Positions 1-11,431 of a stretch of 64,000 nucleotides of DNA are shown piece after piece (within the stretch, counting starts at the first letter, position 1; every line of letters starts with the position of its first letter). Both the position numbers and the translations under genes were made by a program. The DNA lies in NCBI GenBank assembly GCA_964187785.1, contig OZ076409.1:34598001-34662000 (forward strand), written 5' to 3'. The notes under the pieces are model-generated. The model searched no databases and had not been told where the DNA came from. It saw nothing but the letters and a program-made list of their open reading frames with translations. This stretch comes from Amphiscolops sp. MND2022. Taxonomy: Eukaryota.

Positions 1-2259
1 TATTGTGAAGTTAGAAGACTAATAGTTCGCATTTAATACGTACGAAGAGTTATATCATTTTGGCTGTTCTACGCCATACGTATATGCAATTCTTTACAGG
101 TTGGCGATACTGCGCCAATCAAGACATTGACCTAATGGCATGGCCGATAACTTTTTCAATCAGGTTTTCAATTTTTCACTATTATTCGCAGTTTTAAATG
201 TTCAACATTGGCGACGGGATAAGAAACATACTTTTTTCAAGATAACTTCGTTTTTTGATTTGAACAAATTCATATATATTCCAATTTTCACGGTATAGCT
301 ACTAGAGCTTTCAAACAAAGACCTTTTCAGCTACATGAGTGCTTCCAAATTTAAAGTTGTCCCTTTTGTTTCAGCTTTGTGTGGGGACGTCCTGACTCAG
401 GAATCGACCGGGGCCTTTAGGACAAACAGAGCACGACAGAGGTGGGCATCAGCCATCAGCACCCGACAACAGTCCTTTAAACTGCTCAGTTTTGGCTCCC
501 GGCTGCTTTTTTAACTTTTTGCATAGAAACCCCACCCTCGAGACTTTTCACTGTTGGCACCTTAATGACGAGGCCACCAAGTTGCTGATCACACTGGCTT
601 AACTGCTAACTCTCGGCAATTCACTGTTCACACTTGACCCGACTGACTCGATGTACTCGGCAACCAATAGAAACTAAGCAACTGTAGACTGTAGTATAGA
701 GGTTGTGGCTGACAAAAATATTTGCTGCTACTCGTGGGCGAAAGCAAAGAAACAGCCAATTGAAATGAAGCAACATATCACGTGCTCTCATTGTGACTGG
801 CACAAACGGAACCCTCGCACCCAATTAAATTTGAGACGCGAGCAAACTCGGTGAAAAAAGACTCATCGAAAAACATTGCAATTTCATACACTTCATCTGT
901 AAATACTCCTTTCAATTTTTTATTTTACGATTTTGGTGCTTAATGAAAACTTTAAAAACCGACTTTTAAAATGAATTTCAATTTATTTCAATTTTTAAAA
1001 TCTAGATCAAAGCTCTGAATCAATCAAAAGTTCATGATTTCAATCACAATCATAAAAATCTACAAAAAATTACAAAAGTTTCGGAGCTTTGAGCTTTATA
1101 ATTTTACTGACAGACTTGATACTTCAAGAATTTTTGAATTTCCAAAATATTCATTATTGTTTTGATTCTATGATTGTAATGTACTTGTAGATTAGCCTAC
1201 TTTATTTTGATTGGATGATTAATTTCACCCTTTTATTTCACCTCGAATGAAACGAGACCCCATTTTGAGCGACTAAATTTTCCTAACTTTTTAAACAACA
1301 CTCCTTTGGTGCCATTGACTCTCCTTTTAAACGATTGCCTACCTTTGGCCTCAAGCGTATGTGTAATTAACTTCTTCACTTTCCTTTTTTTCAATACTCC
1401 TCTTTCAAATTGCTGAAAACGAGAAAATTTTAGCATATAACGCATTTAGCATAGATGGAGAGTCGAAGTATCCAAACCTAAGTGAAGCTATAGGTACAGA
1501 AGCAGCAGCTAAAGTCCCAGGAGCAAACGCTTCTAAGGCTTGATCTGAATTAGAACATAATTTTCTGTTTGAAATCCAATAAAATTTTGAAAAAGTTATA
1601 TATAAAAGCACTTTCAATAATTTTGGAAACTTTTGAACTTTAGTGTGCAATATCAAAAACTACTGGTCACAATCGCATTTTGTGACCATTTTGGGATGTA
1701 AATTTTCAACGAGAGCGTTTTCAGAAAAAAATGTTGAATTCAAAAATTAGTGATGTGAATTGGAAGAACAAAGTTTTTCTCGCGCATTTTTGGTTACAAA
1801 CAACGGTTTTCGAGATATTGCACGATAATTTTTGGCATAGCCAAAAGTCTAAACCAAACTTAGTGTTATATCTTTTGTAAACAAGCTGGAAAGGTCCCAA
1901 GTCGGCGCCCCGCTCATGGGTAAAGTGTGTTAAATATGCGAAGGGACATTAATGTGAGAACATTTATCAACTTTAGTGCCAAAAGTACCCAAAGGGATAC
2001 CCATAAGACTCGAAACCCTTTTTTGCTTTACTCGAAACACCAGAAAACCCATTTAAAAAATGTCTAGTTTTTCTCGAAAATTGTTTCATGAAGCCGAAAA
2101 CCCCAAAAGGAGACCCACAGTACCTGAAAATAACCAAAGATGTCATCCTTAAGACTCGGAAAATGGTTTTCTTCAACAGAAACTCTCAAAAGATCAATAA
2201 TAAGGTGAAAAAAAGTCTTAGAAAAGTCACATAAAGCCAAAAAAAACTAAGCAGCTTTG

Positions 2260-2570
2260 TCTCTGCTGAAAACTGACGGGGCTTCGTAAAAAAATTCAGA
2301 GACTTTTTTTTAATTCGGAAAAGGTCTCATAGTGTCGAAGTATTCAAAAGAAGACCCTTTAGGTTTGCATAAAACATTTTTCCAAGCCGAACTTTTTTTT
2401 CAAAAAGTGAAGGGGTACCCTTTGACCAAACGTTTTTTTTAAAAAAAAGTCTCATCAGTCCCACATTACCAAAAAAGAACGTAATAAAGCACATTTAGTC
2501 TCGGAAAGTTTTTCATTAACAGAACAAGCAAAAAGATATGTTTTAAAAACATTTCTAATTGTTTTCTTCA
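2260..2570 (+). repeat. Interspersed repeat, copy 1 (direct copy at about 10431-10748)
   Basis: Shared blocks such as TCTCTGCT.AAAA.TGACGGGGCTTCGTAA, AAGGTCTCATAGTGTCGAAGTATTCA, AAAGTGAAGGGGTACCCTTTGACCAAAC and GTCTCGGAAAGTTTTTCATTAACAG occur in the same order in both places. Confidence 0.8.
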
Positions 2571-2980
2571 AAAATCATTTAGTAACTCGAGAGACTAGAG
2601 AGACTCTGTTTGATTCCATAGAAGGGCATTGCTGTTTTTAGTCGGCGCAATTTAACAAAATGAGCCCGACTATTACAAAGGCAAGTTTTTTTCTTTTTTT
2701 TGCGACAGATGAAAGAATGTATGTGTAGTGGAAACTTTTTACAGAACTACTAAACTAGTAGCCGGCCCACCAGAAACGCATCTAAGTTAGTGCAAAGGGT
2801 CTCTTTCATTTACTCTCTTTTTAACGTAAGATACAAAATCGGACGAGAATATAGGGTCTCCCTTTGACTTTTTCTGCACTGGGCAACGTTTTTTGAATTT
2901 TTTTGTCGCCAAAAGGCCCCGCTCAAGTTTTTTGATATTTTGCAGCAGACAGAAGTTTCAAAGAACCCAAAAGGTGTCCA

Positions 2981-4533
2981 TGTCGCAGGCGGCCGCCTGC
3001 GATGGCAACTGGTAATCAGTAGCCGTTGGTTACGACAGAGTATTGCCGGGAACGATCCCCCTCAACTAAAGAAGATCAAAGATTGGGCGCGACAATCAGG
3101 CTCAGAAATTAAAGTAAAACGAGACCGAAACTTTTACAACAAAACTATTTTGTACTGTTATTTTCAAACATGTAGCTATATATATTTAGTTGTTGTGTTA
3201 TATTAGTTACTTTTCAACATGTGAAATTGATCAAATACATTAATAATTGGACACCAAGGCGTACAGGTAGATGAAACGAGTTCAAATGTTTCCTCTCCTG
3301 TCGCTGAGGACAGCCAGTCCGATTATTAAATTGACCAATCACAGCGCAGTAGCTGGTTATATCATTCATTCTAGTATGACGCAGCTTTGTATAATTGCCG
3401 TACTCGGCCTTTGTTTGTCTGTTTATTTAATAGAGATTAAAGGACTGCTAGTCCAACTTGCCAAGCACCGCCTTTAATGCATCAATATATTGGTCCCTTC
3501 ATGTCGAATTGGACAGTGAGGACGTAATCTATTGCGCTAAGAAAGGTGCAATTATAATCATGAAGTGTTGCTATTTTATACTCCCCGGACTTACAGGGCT
3601 AAATACCATGCAATTTGGTAGTTGACATGAAAGTTTAAACATACATGTAAAATATGTAGCGTTGCATTGATGTTATGTTGAGAACGTTTTGTTCACATGA
3701 ACAATTCAAGCCGACAGGCTTTGATGTCTATTTTTAGACAATGATGTTATAACTTGATACTATTTATAGGTCACTGGTCCTAAAAATAGTCCCATGATGC
3801 TCCAAATTTGAGCTGTCACCCTAGCAAGGATATATAAACAAGGTACTCGTAGTCCTGTGGACACAATTTTGAGTACCTTCACCGAAAGCACTATTTTATC
3901 ATTTATACACTGTGAACAAGTACTATAAACTATTTGTTGGTAAAGTTTATTGGGATAATTCAAATATTTGCCCAATAGAAACATTTATGCCTTCCACAAG
4001 AAGACAGAAAGCTAAAGCTAGGAAATTGAGAGAGTTAGACATGATGTCTGATACAGACAACCTAGACATAATGCTGGGGAATTCAGGAGGAAATCCCATA
4101 GAGAGAGAGTTAGCAGACGCGATTGAATAGTCCTCTGTCCAAGGCGACTATGAGGCAAATGAGTACCGAAGGAACAATTATAGTTTCGCACAAGAAAATG
4201 AACCCCTTAGGCAAAATGAAGTTAGACAATCTTTTGAGACTTTCACGAACGAGACCAATCTTAGATTGTCTCAAGAAATGGATTCCATGATGTCCGTGGT
4301 CCATAACCAGATAAACAGAGCGATTAGCACTGCCATATCAGAAAGAGTCATTCCAGAGATTCAAAACATTATTAGCTCAATGTCGTCTTAAGGAAATAGG
4401 GACACTGAGGCCAGTAAATCCCCAAGTAGTCACAAGAATAGGGAAAACTCATCCGGCTTGAAAACAAAAATATTGAAAAAGGACTCACGGTCCGTTGGTG
4501 ATTTGAGAGACGCCACGGGAAGTGGTCACTACA
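2981..4533 (+). repeat. Element A 5' LTR (1553 bp)
   Basis: Starts TGTCGCAGGC and ends GGTCACTACA; colinear with 8479-10026. Confidence 0.93.
3760..3838 (+). promoter_or_regulatory. Putative LTR promoter of element A: two MEF2-consensus sites (CTATTTATAG 3760-3769, CTAAAAATAG 3780-3789) and TATATAAA (3831-3838)
   Basis: Exact CTA(A/T)4TAG matches; the TATA lies about 150 bp upstream of the gag ATG at 3987. The motifs are retained in the 3' LTR (CTAAAAATAG at 9269-9278). Confidence 0.55.
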
Positions 4534-4550
4534 TGGTGACAGGAGTGGGA
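3987..4550 (+). pseudogene. gag: LTR-encoded Gag N-terminus of element A (interrupted by stops, truncated at the deletion junction)
   Basis: MPSTRRQKAKARKLRELDMMSDTDNLDIMLG is homologous to element B Gag MPSTRKQKAKERRSRQLDMLSDVENVDIMLG. The frame continues across the LTR/PBS junction as HY-MVTGVG. Confidence 0.85.
4534..4550 (+). other. Primer-binding site TGGTGACAGGAGTGGGA (tRNA-Leu-like)
   Basis: Immediately follows the LTR-terminal CA and starts with TGG (complement of CCA). One mismatch to the complement of the common metazoan tRNA-Leu 3' end (TGGTGTCAGGAGTGGGA), from recall. Confidence 0.85.
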
Positions 4551-6658
4551 GACCGATAATAGGCGCGAAGCTCCGGCGAAATAACTTCCGGGTACACCCT
4601 GGACGAGAGGACAACGGTACAGTTGAACCCGGACTAAAGCGTCTCCTTTCCAGAAGCGAACTGACATTACTCGCGTCCGTCCAACAGTCTCGAATTCTAG
4701 AGAATTTAGATCGCTCGACACAATTTGCTGGGAAAGGTTTCCAATTCCACAAATGAAAATATGGTGGAAGATCGCCTAAACGAAAGAAAAGGTTGATTCC
4801 CAGGAAAGACTTAATGTCATATCATGATGGCTGAAAGCAACTTACGGTTAGCTTTGCTGAACTCCAGTCCAAAGGAAGGAAAGCCTCCTGATGGTCCATA
4901 TGGATCCCAACTTGAGTCCACAAAGCCTGCAGCAATGCTATGTCTCCTGCAATTGGGACCATAGTCCCAATCAAGATGATCTGGGTGGCATCGCGGGAGT
5001 CACTGGTGGTCCGCCGGCATTCCTGACGGGCTAAATACTCCTCGTAGAAGGGGAACACTCCGCCAAGATCCACGAGTAGGGCCCCTTCGAAAAGTGGTTT
5101 TTCCTTCTCCAGTTCCAAGGGGGTCAGGATAACTCCGTCCTTTCCACGAACCTGATGAGTTTCTAATCCAGTTATGGGGTCAACGTTTTTGAGGTACGTG
5201 TACCTCCATAGCTGGTCCTTCCTTAAATGGGATTGATAATGTCGAACTATCTCCCTGGCTCCTTTGGAATAGATCGACATATTACTCTTACAAATTCTGA
5301 AATAGAATTTAAACTGGTTGTGTGCGGGGTCGAGGGGGCCAGTGACAAATGTCTTCGTCCAGCTTATTCCTTTGGAAAAGGCCTCTTTCATGACTTTCCC
5401 AGGCTTTCCTAAGTACTTTCTTCGTTTCCTTGGGGGACTTTTCAGCTGCTTCGATTAGGCAGACTTTGGAAGAAGGCTGGACAGGGGGGCATAGTCGCCC
5501 AGACTGTAACCACTACCTGGGCTCATAGGCGTGCTTCGCCCAGCAGAAAGGTGTTCCGCAGTCCCAGGTTGCCCAGTGCTCGGTGATGTAAGGGTTCGCT
5601 GACTCTCATCTCTCTCAAGACAGAATGACAGACTCCCGGGCTCATCGTCGGTGTTAAATGCGCCACTCGTGTAGCCCTCATTCGGAGAATCCAAATCTGT
5701 GGTTTCATCCCCGGAGCTGCTATGACAGCGTCTGCCTACGGGAGTGCACGCACCCACGTTTCTGCATTTTTCCTTGCTCAAAATTTTTCCTGATGTGGCC
5801 TGCAAAAGCAAGGATTTCATCAAGTGGAAGGAAGACAGGATGGTCTCATCCGAGATGGTCTTCATAACAGTATGGATCTGTTCTTCAGTGAGAGCTATGA
5901 GTGCAATCGGGTCCTTTTCAACGAAATACTTCCGCAACAATGTTCGTCCACTAGCAGAGATTTGTCGGGGTGTCACGTGCTGTGCATTGCTAGTACCGAC
6001 TTGGTCATGAGAAGACTCATCTTCGCTAGTTGACTCTGCCCCTTGGGTGGGAACTTTGACAAAGGTGGACGTGACTTTGGCTTTGGGAGTGACAGGTCCT
6101 CCAACCCCCGAGCTGTGCATCAATTCCTCAGTTTCGCTGGTGTCAGTGTAATACTTGCTGAGGTCAAGGGAGCGATTAACAGCAGAGATGCTAACAACGC
6201 TCACATCATCTTGCTCAGTTTGCTCGTGGGTAGTCTTTTCAATAACCAGGACTTGCGGGGTCACAGAGATTTGCGGGGTTATAGGTCCTGCTTCGCTGCA
6301 CTCACCACTTGATCCAAGCTCAGGGACGACAGCCTCCGTGGTTTCAGCAGTCTGTTCAGTCAATGGAGGGAGCAAGGAAGAGATTTTGGGAGTTCCTGCA
6401 TCTTCCCGGGCAAAGATGGATTTCATGGTCCTTTCGGCGCAAGTGGAAAGGCTCTCTTCAGTAGCCTCACTGGACGAGGAGAAATTGGAGGAGGGTCGCA
6501 GTTCGCCTGTTGAGTTGACGCCAACTGATCCTGCGGGAGAAGTCTCTTCGTGAAGGTTCACTTTCTGGTACAAGAGTTGTGGTTTCTTATGCCTCTGTTG
6601 TCATTTCTGAATAAAAGGAGATAAAGTCTAGCGGGAACCTTCCTGAATATGAATCCAT
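4551..6658 (-). pseudogene. Antisense accessory gene of element A (5' part only; stops/frameshifts; zinc-finger region; one intron)
   Basis: ATG at 6658 (MDSYSG..FISFY.E, same start as element B). ORFs 5455-6573, 4822-5391 and 4485-4721 align with element B ORFs (IALTEEQI..ISDET; MKEAF.KG..WTKTFV.G..DP; SLEF...VRFW). Confidence 0.85.
4776..4845 (-). other. Predicted phase-0 GT-AG intron (70 nt) in the element A antisense gene
   Basis: Minus strand reads AAGCTAACC|GTAAGT...CCTTTTCTTTCGTTTAG|GCGATCTTCCACCAT, joining SAKLT|AIFHHIF. Same position as the element B intron at 16626-16759. Confidence 0.8.
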
Positions 6659-6765
6659 TTACCGCGTTTGAAATCTTCCGGAAGTAGACAAAATTGAACA
6701 CTTGTGAAAACTTGTGTTATTGGACGAAAGTACGTGAATCTGATTAAGAGCCCTGATCAAGCCTA
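6659..6765 (-). promoter_or_regulatory. Conserved upstream region / putative promoter of the antisense gene (element A)
   Basis: Minus-strand motifs CTTGATCAGGG, AGATTCAC, GTTTTCAC and ACTTCCGGAAGATT occur in the same order as upstream of the element B antisense ATG. Confidence 0.55.
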
Positions 6766-7836
6766 GTTCAGTTCATTTTGAAAAGAAGGCAACTTACTTG
6801 AACCGCGATGAGATGATACTGTTAGTGGTTGAGACGGCCTAAATCCAATGGACTGATGACTAGGATGCGTGGTTGAAGGCGGAAGAACAAGTTTGATTAG
6901 GATACGTCGGCAGTGGGGATTCGATGTCGATTATCCAGAAAACCCCAGATAACAACTGGAAGTAAGGATATGCGGACCAGGTGTCCCAGGAGGATTATGC
7001 GAAAGAATGTTCCAAATAAAATACGACTGAAGGACTAGATACAAATGGTAACTAACAACTAAACAATACTAGTGAGGAAGTACTTGATGGAAATTGAATG
7101 TAAAAGCAATAGAATGGTGAATCAACAATTTTACAAAGTGCCGAGATTGGAGTTCGTGGCTATACAGTTTGGTGTCAAATTTACAATTACTTACAAGTTA
7201 CGCTCTTATGTGGATAAAGTCTGCCAGCTATATCTACATTACTTTGCATTATTCTCGAAACTTCAATATTTCATGCAATTATTCCATTATCTTATAATAA
7301 TTCCATTATTTTACCATCTTATTTCAATTTATGTTATTTTCAAGGTCATTATATTTTATTCCTTATAAGGACTTACGGCCTTGGATCGCCATTTTACGAA
7401 TGGAATCATGTTTACGTAATCTGATTGGCTACCACCGAGAGGACGAGACAGCGTGGCTTTCGGACGTATCTTCACCCACTTAAAACCTTCAAGTGGGTCA
7501 TGAGTCATAAACACTCATCATGATGCTTAAGAAGTGAGAGTGGTGTTGAGGATCATGGGTGTCAACAATGCCGCTGTCGGCGATTTCAAAGTGATCAGAG
7601 TAACTAGTTGAAAGGATGTTACCCGGAAAATTCTGTTTTTGAAAAATAACTCAGAAACGAAAAGGAAAACCCGGGAAAACGAAAACCGAGAAACAACGAG
7701 ACACAGCAGTCCGATAAAGGAGAGGATCGCCATTATTGCAAATTCAATTGATCAAATCAGTTGCTCTAGAAACGTTGACTTAATTTGAAAATCCCACTTC
7801 TCCAAGAGTGCCAAAAAACTGTTAAAAGACAGATAT

Positions 7837-8567
7837 ATGTCTGATATTTCTGAAGTATTTCCAATGGATTTCCAAGGTGCTGTTCGATCAGAAGGGGCCC
7901 CGGCAATTATTTGCATTTCTAGTGATGAGGAGGAAATGATGGACTCAAAATGTGGGTGTGACGATTTATATTTATCGTCAGAAGAAGAATCGACAAATGT
8001 AGATATCATGGCTAGCTGCATCGAGAGACAGCTAGCTGAACCAATTGCCATTCCCAACTCCGCGACATCAAGTGCGCAAGTTAGGTGTGGGACACCTAAA
8101 CCAAGCTTCCCACCTTTTCCTACATTCTCTCAGCAGTTCTTTAATCTGGGTTCAGGAAATGGACCGGTGAGACGAGATGCCCGAATCAAGGCCAACCACC
8201 CCATCAACATTTGTAGGGATTCACGCCCTATGATCGATACACCGATGTCGCCTCCCCAGAAGACAGAGGGGCGTCCTGTATGCAAGAGACGCCAATTTGT
8301 TCATCTTCAACGGACACCGCCTCACGGAAATTGGTCCAACAAATTCAAGCGGAAACAGTCAATGATTACATCGATAAAACTGTCGTGCCGGGTGAAAACC
8401 TCGCGGAGACCGAGAGGATGAAAAGGGCCTTTCTGGACGGGATGGCAGCAGGCACATTTTTACTCATGCCAGGGGGAGTGTCGCAGGCAGCCGCCTGCGA
8501 TGGCAACTGGTACTCAGTAGCCTTTGGTTACGACAGAGTATTGCCGGGAACGATCCCCCTAAACTAA
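7837..8567 (+). pseudogene. ORF3 of element A (sense accessory ORF, frameshifted; C-terminus overlaps the PPT and 3' LTR)
   Basis: ORFs 7837-8421 and 8280-8567. The C-terminal RAFLDGMAAGTFLLMPGGVSQAAACDGNWY matches element B RNAFQAGMKAGSVILVPGGLSQAAACDSNYY. Homology probably extends upstream past a TGA at 7786. Confidence 0.75.
8469..8478 (+). other. Polypurine tract CCAGGGGGAG (element A)
   Basis: Purine run directly before the 3' LTR TG at 8479. Confidence 0.8.
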
Positions 8568-10026
8568 AGAAAATCAAAGATTGGGCGCGACAAACAGGCA
8601 AAGTAAAACGAGACCGAAACTTTTACAACAAAACTATTTTGTACTGTTATTTTCAAACATGTAGCTATGTCTATTTAGTTGTTGTGTTAAATTAGTTACT
8701 TTTCAACATGTGAAATTATTCAAATACATTAATAATTGGACACCAAGGCGTACAGGTAGAGGAAACGAGTTCAAATGTTTCCTCTCCTGTCGCTGAGAAC
8801 AGCCAGTCCGATTATTAAATAGACCAATCACAGCGCAGTAGCTGGTTAATTCATTCATTCTAGTATGGCGCAGCTTTGTATAATTGCCGTACTCGGCCTT
8901 TGTTTGTCTGTTTATTCAATAGAGATTAGAGGACTGCTAGTCCAACTTGCCAAGCACCGCCTTTAATGCATCAATAAAATGGTCCCTTCATGTCGAATTG
9001 GACAGTGAGGACGTAATCTATGGCGCTAATAAAGGTGCAATTATAATCATGAAGTGTTGCTTTTTTATACTCCCCGGACTTACAGGGCTAAATACCATGC
9101 AATTTGTTAGTTGACATGAAAGTTTAAACATACATGTAAAATATGTAGCGTTGCGTTGATGTTATGTTGAGGACGTTGCGTTCACATGAACAATTCAAGC
9201 CGACAGGCTTTGAAGTCTATTTTTAGACCATGATGTTATAAGTTGATACTATTTATAGCTCACTGGTTCTAAAAATAGTCCCATGATGCTCCAAATTTGA
9301 GCTGTCACCCTAGCAAGGGTATATAAACAAGGTACTCGTGGTCCTGTGGACACAATTTTGAGAACATTCACCGAAAGCAATATTTTATCATTTATACACT
9401 GTGAACAAGTACTATCAACAATTTGTTGGTAAAGTATATTGGGATAATTCAAATATTTGCTCAATAGAAACATTTATGCCTTCCACAAGAAGACAGAAAG
9501 CCATAGCTAGGAAATCGAGAGAGTTAAACATGATGTCTGATATAGACATCCTAGACATAATGCTGGGGAATTCAGGAGGAAATCCCATAGAGAGAGAGAG
9601 AGTTAGCAGATGCGATTGAACAGTCCTCTGTCCAAGGAGACGTTGAGGCAAATGAGTACCGAAGGAACAATTATAGTTTCGCACAAGAAAATGAACCCCT
9701 TAGGCAAAATGAAGTTAGACAATCTTTTGAGACTTTTACGAACGAGTTCAATCTTAGATTGTCTCAAGAAATGGATTCCATGATGGCCATGGTCCATAAC
9801 CAGATAAACAGAGCGATTAGCACTGCCATAGCAGAAAGAGTCATCCCAGAGATTCAAAACATTGTTAGCTCAACGTCGTCTTCGGGAAATAGGGACACTG
9901 AGGCCAGTATGTCCCCAAGTAGTCAGGAGAATAGGGAAAACTCATCCGGCTTGAAAACAAAAATATTGAAAAAGGACTCACGGTCCGTTGGTGATTTAAG
10001 AGACGCCACGGGAAGTGGTCACTACA
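8479..10026 (+). repeat. Element A 3' LTR (1548 bp), including a second, frameshifted copy of the Gag N-terminus from 9476
   Basis: Direct repeat of 2981-4533 with scattered substitutions and small indels. Confidence 0.93.
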
Positions 10027-10430
10027 CTCCCCTTTCAAGTTTTTCAGCACTATGAGACTGTTTCAAAGTTCTCATTTTTCGAATTTATTTAAGTGTCTCC
10101 AAAGGGCCACCTTCATTTTTTTGATATTTTGCAACAATCTGGATTATCAAAAAGCCGAAAGGGTCCCCTCTTTTACAATTTTAAAAACTTTGCGCTTTTT
10201 GAGCTTTAGATATAGCGCGACATTAGACGTTCACGTCTTGTTTTATCTGAATCAGCTGTTTTGGCATACAATCGTGTGCTATTATTCTGAATCGTGTGCA
10301 ATTCTATTATCGTGCGCAAATTACTCTGAAGCAATGTCTTAGATAAGGTGAGAAAAAAGTCTTCGATAAGTCGCATAAGGCCGAAAAAATCTAAGGGCAT
10401 CCTCTATGTCCCCATGTCGCAAACGGCTTC

Positions 10431-10748
10431 GTCTCTGCTAAAAATTGACGGGGCTTCGTAAGAAAATTCAGCAATTTTTTCAATTCGGATAAGGTCTCAT
10501 AGTGTCGAAGTATTCAGAGAAGACCCTTTAGGTTTGCATAAAACCTTTTTACAAGCCGAATTTTTCTGAAAAAGTGAAGGGGTACCCTTTGACCAAACAT
10601 TTTTTTTGAAAAAAGTCTCATCAGTCTCACAGTCCCAAAAATTAACGTAATAAGGCACATTTAAGTCTCGGAAAGTTTTTCATTAACAGAAAACTACAAA
10701 CAAACAAAAAGATATGTTTTAAAAAACATTTCCGATAATTTTCTTCAG
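10431..10748 (+). repeat. Interspersed repeat, copy 2 (see 2260-2570)
   Basis: Colinear similarity with 2260-2570. Confidence 0.8.
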
Positions 10749-10765
10749 AACTTCTTTAGGATGTT

Positions 10766-11431
10766 TCAATCGGAATGTGATCTTGTGATGTCGCGATTTT
10801 GTTCGCTATTTGTAGAGTTTGTTGAACTCTCTCTAGACCTCAGTCTACTATTTTCCTGTGTAAAACATGTTCTAGAACGATTTTCCCACGTTTTCTGCGA
10901 ATTTCCTCTTTCGGCGTTCCACTCTAGCCCACTGGACCTTCGGTCCTTTAATGTGAAATCGGTCGACCTTGGGCTAGGATGTGGTCCGTTGGACTCCCGG
11001 TCCACCATGGTGAAATTAGGTCTCCCCTGCATTTCTAGTGTATTTTGGATGGAAGGAAGCACTGTACTTGTTATTGCAGCTGTAATTGCAGCCTTAATTT
11101 GGGGATTCAAACCAGTTTTAATTTCATTGAGTTTTCTAGACATTTGATTGGAAATTTCCTCGCTTATCAACCTAGAAGTCTCAATTGTAATTTCACTGTT
11201 TTCCCTGCTGTTGGTATTAAGTAAGGACCTAAAATCTTCTCCTATAGCTTTTGAGCTTTGTTGTGGTCTGCTAGACCCTGAGTCCAAATTCACTTCATTT
11301 TCGCTAACATTTTTCTCTTCATCTTCCCTAGAGTAACTTCCAAGCACTATGTCAACATTTTCTACATCGGACAGCATGTCTAACTGTCTAGAACGACGTT
11401 CTTTAGCCTTTTGCTTTCTCGTGGAAGGCAT
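10766..11431 (-). CDS. gag: Open Gag N-terminal ORF encoded by the element B 3' LTR (221 aa, last few codons in flanking DNA)
   Basis: Nearly identical to the first ~214 aa of the 24049-25800 Gag, with no internal stop. Expression is unknown. Confidence 0.6.
   Translation of the reverse strand: MPSTRKQKAKERRSRQLDMLSDVENVDIVLGSYSREDEEKNVSENEVNLDSGSSRPQQSSKAIGEDFRSLLNTNSRENSEITIETSRLISEEISNQMSRKLNEIKTGLNPQIKAAITAAITSTVLPSIQNTLEMQGRPNFTMVDRESNGPHPSPRSTDFTLKDRRSSGLEWNAERGNSQKTWENRSRTCFTQENSRLRSRESSTNSTNSEQNRDITRSHSD
10784..10788 (+). repeat. Target-site duplication TGTGA (left; right copy at 26795-26799)
   Basis: Identical 5-mer directly outside both termini of element B. Confidence 0.9.

Larger units (their letters stand above)
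2981..10026 (+). mobile_element. Element A: internally deleted, non-autonomous Ty3/Gypsy-type LTR retrotransposon (about 7.0 kb; most of gag and all of pol missing)
   Basis: Two ~1.55-kb direct repeats with TGT...ACA ends, a PBS right after the 5' LTR and a PPT right before the 3' LTR. Internal ORFs are homologous to those of element B. The flanks GTCCA/CTCCC match only 3 of 5 as a TSD. Confidence 0.92.

Noticed and set aside
380..430. tRNA/SINE B-box-like GGTCGATTCC on the minus strand
   Set aside because: No convincing A-box or cloverleaf; too short to call.
621..2176. Short ORFs in the left flank, and similarly at 26744-30061
   Set aside because: Under about 125 aa, mostly non-ATG starts, AT-rich composition and no recognisable homology.
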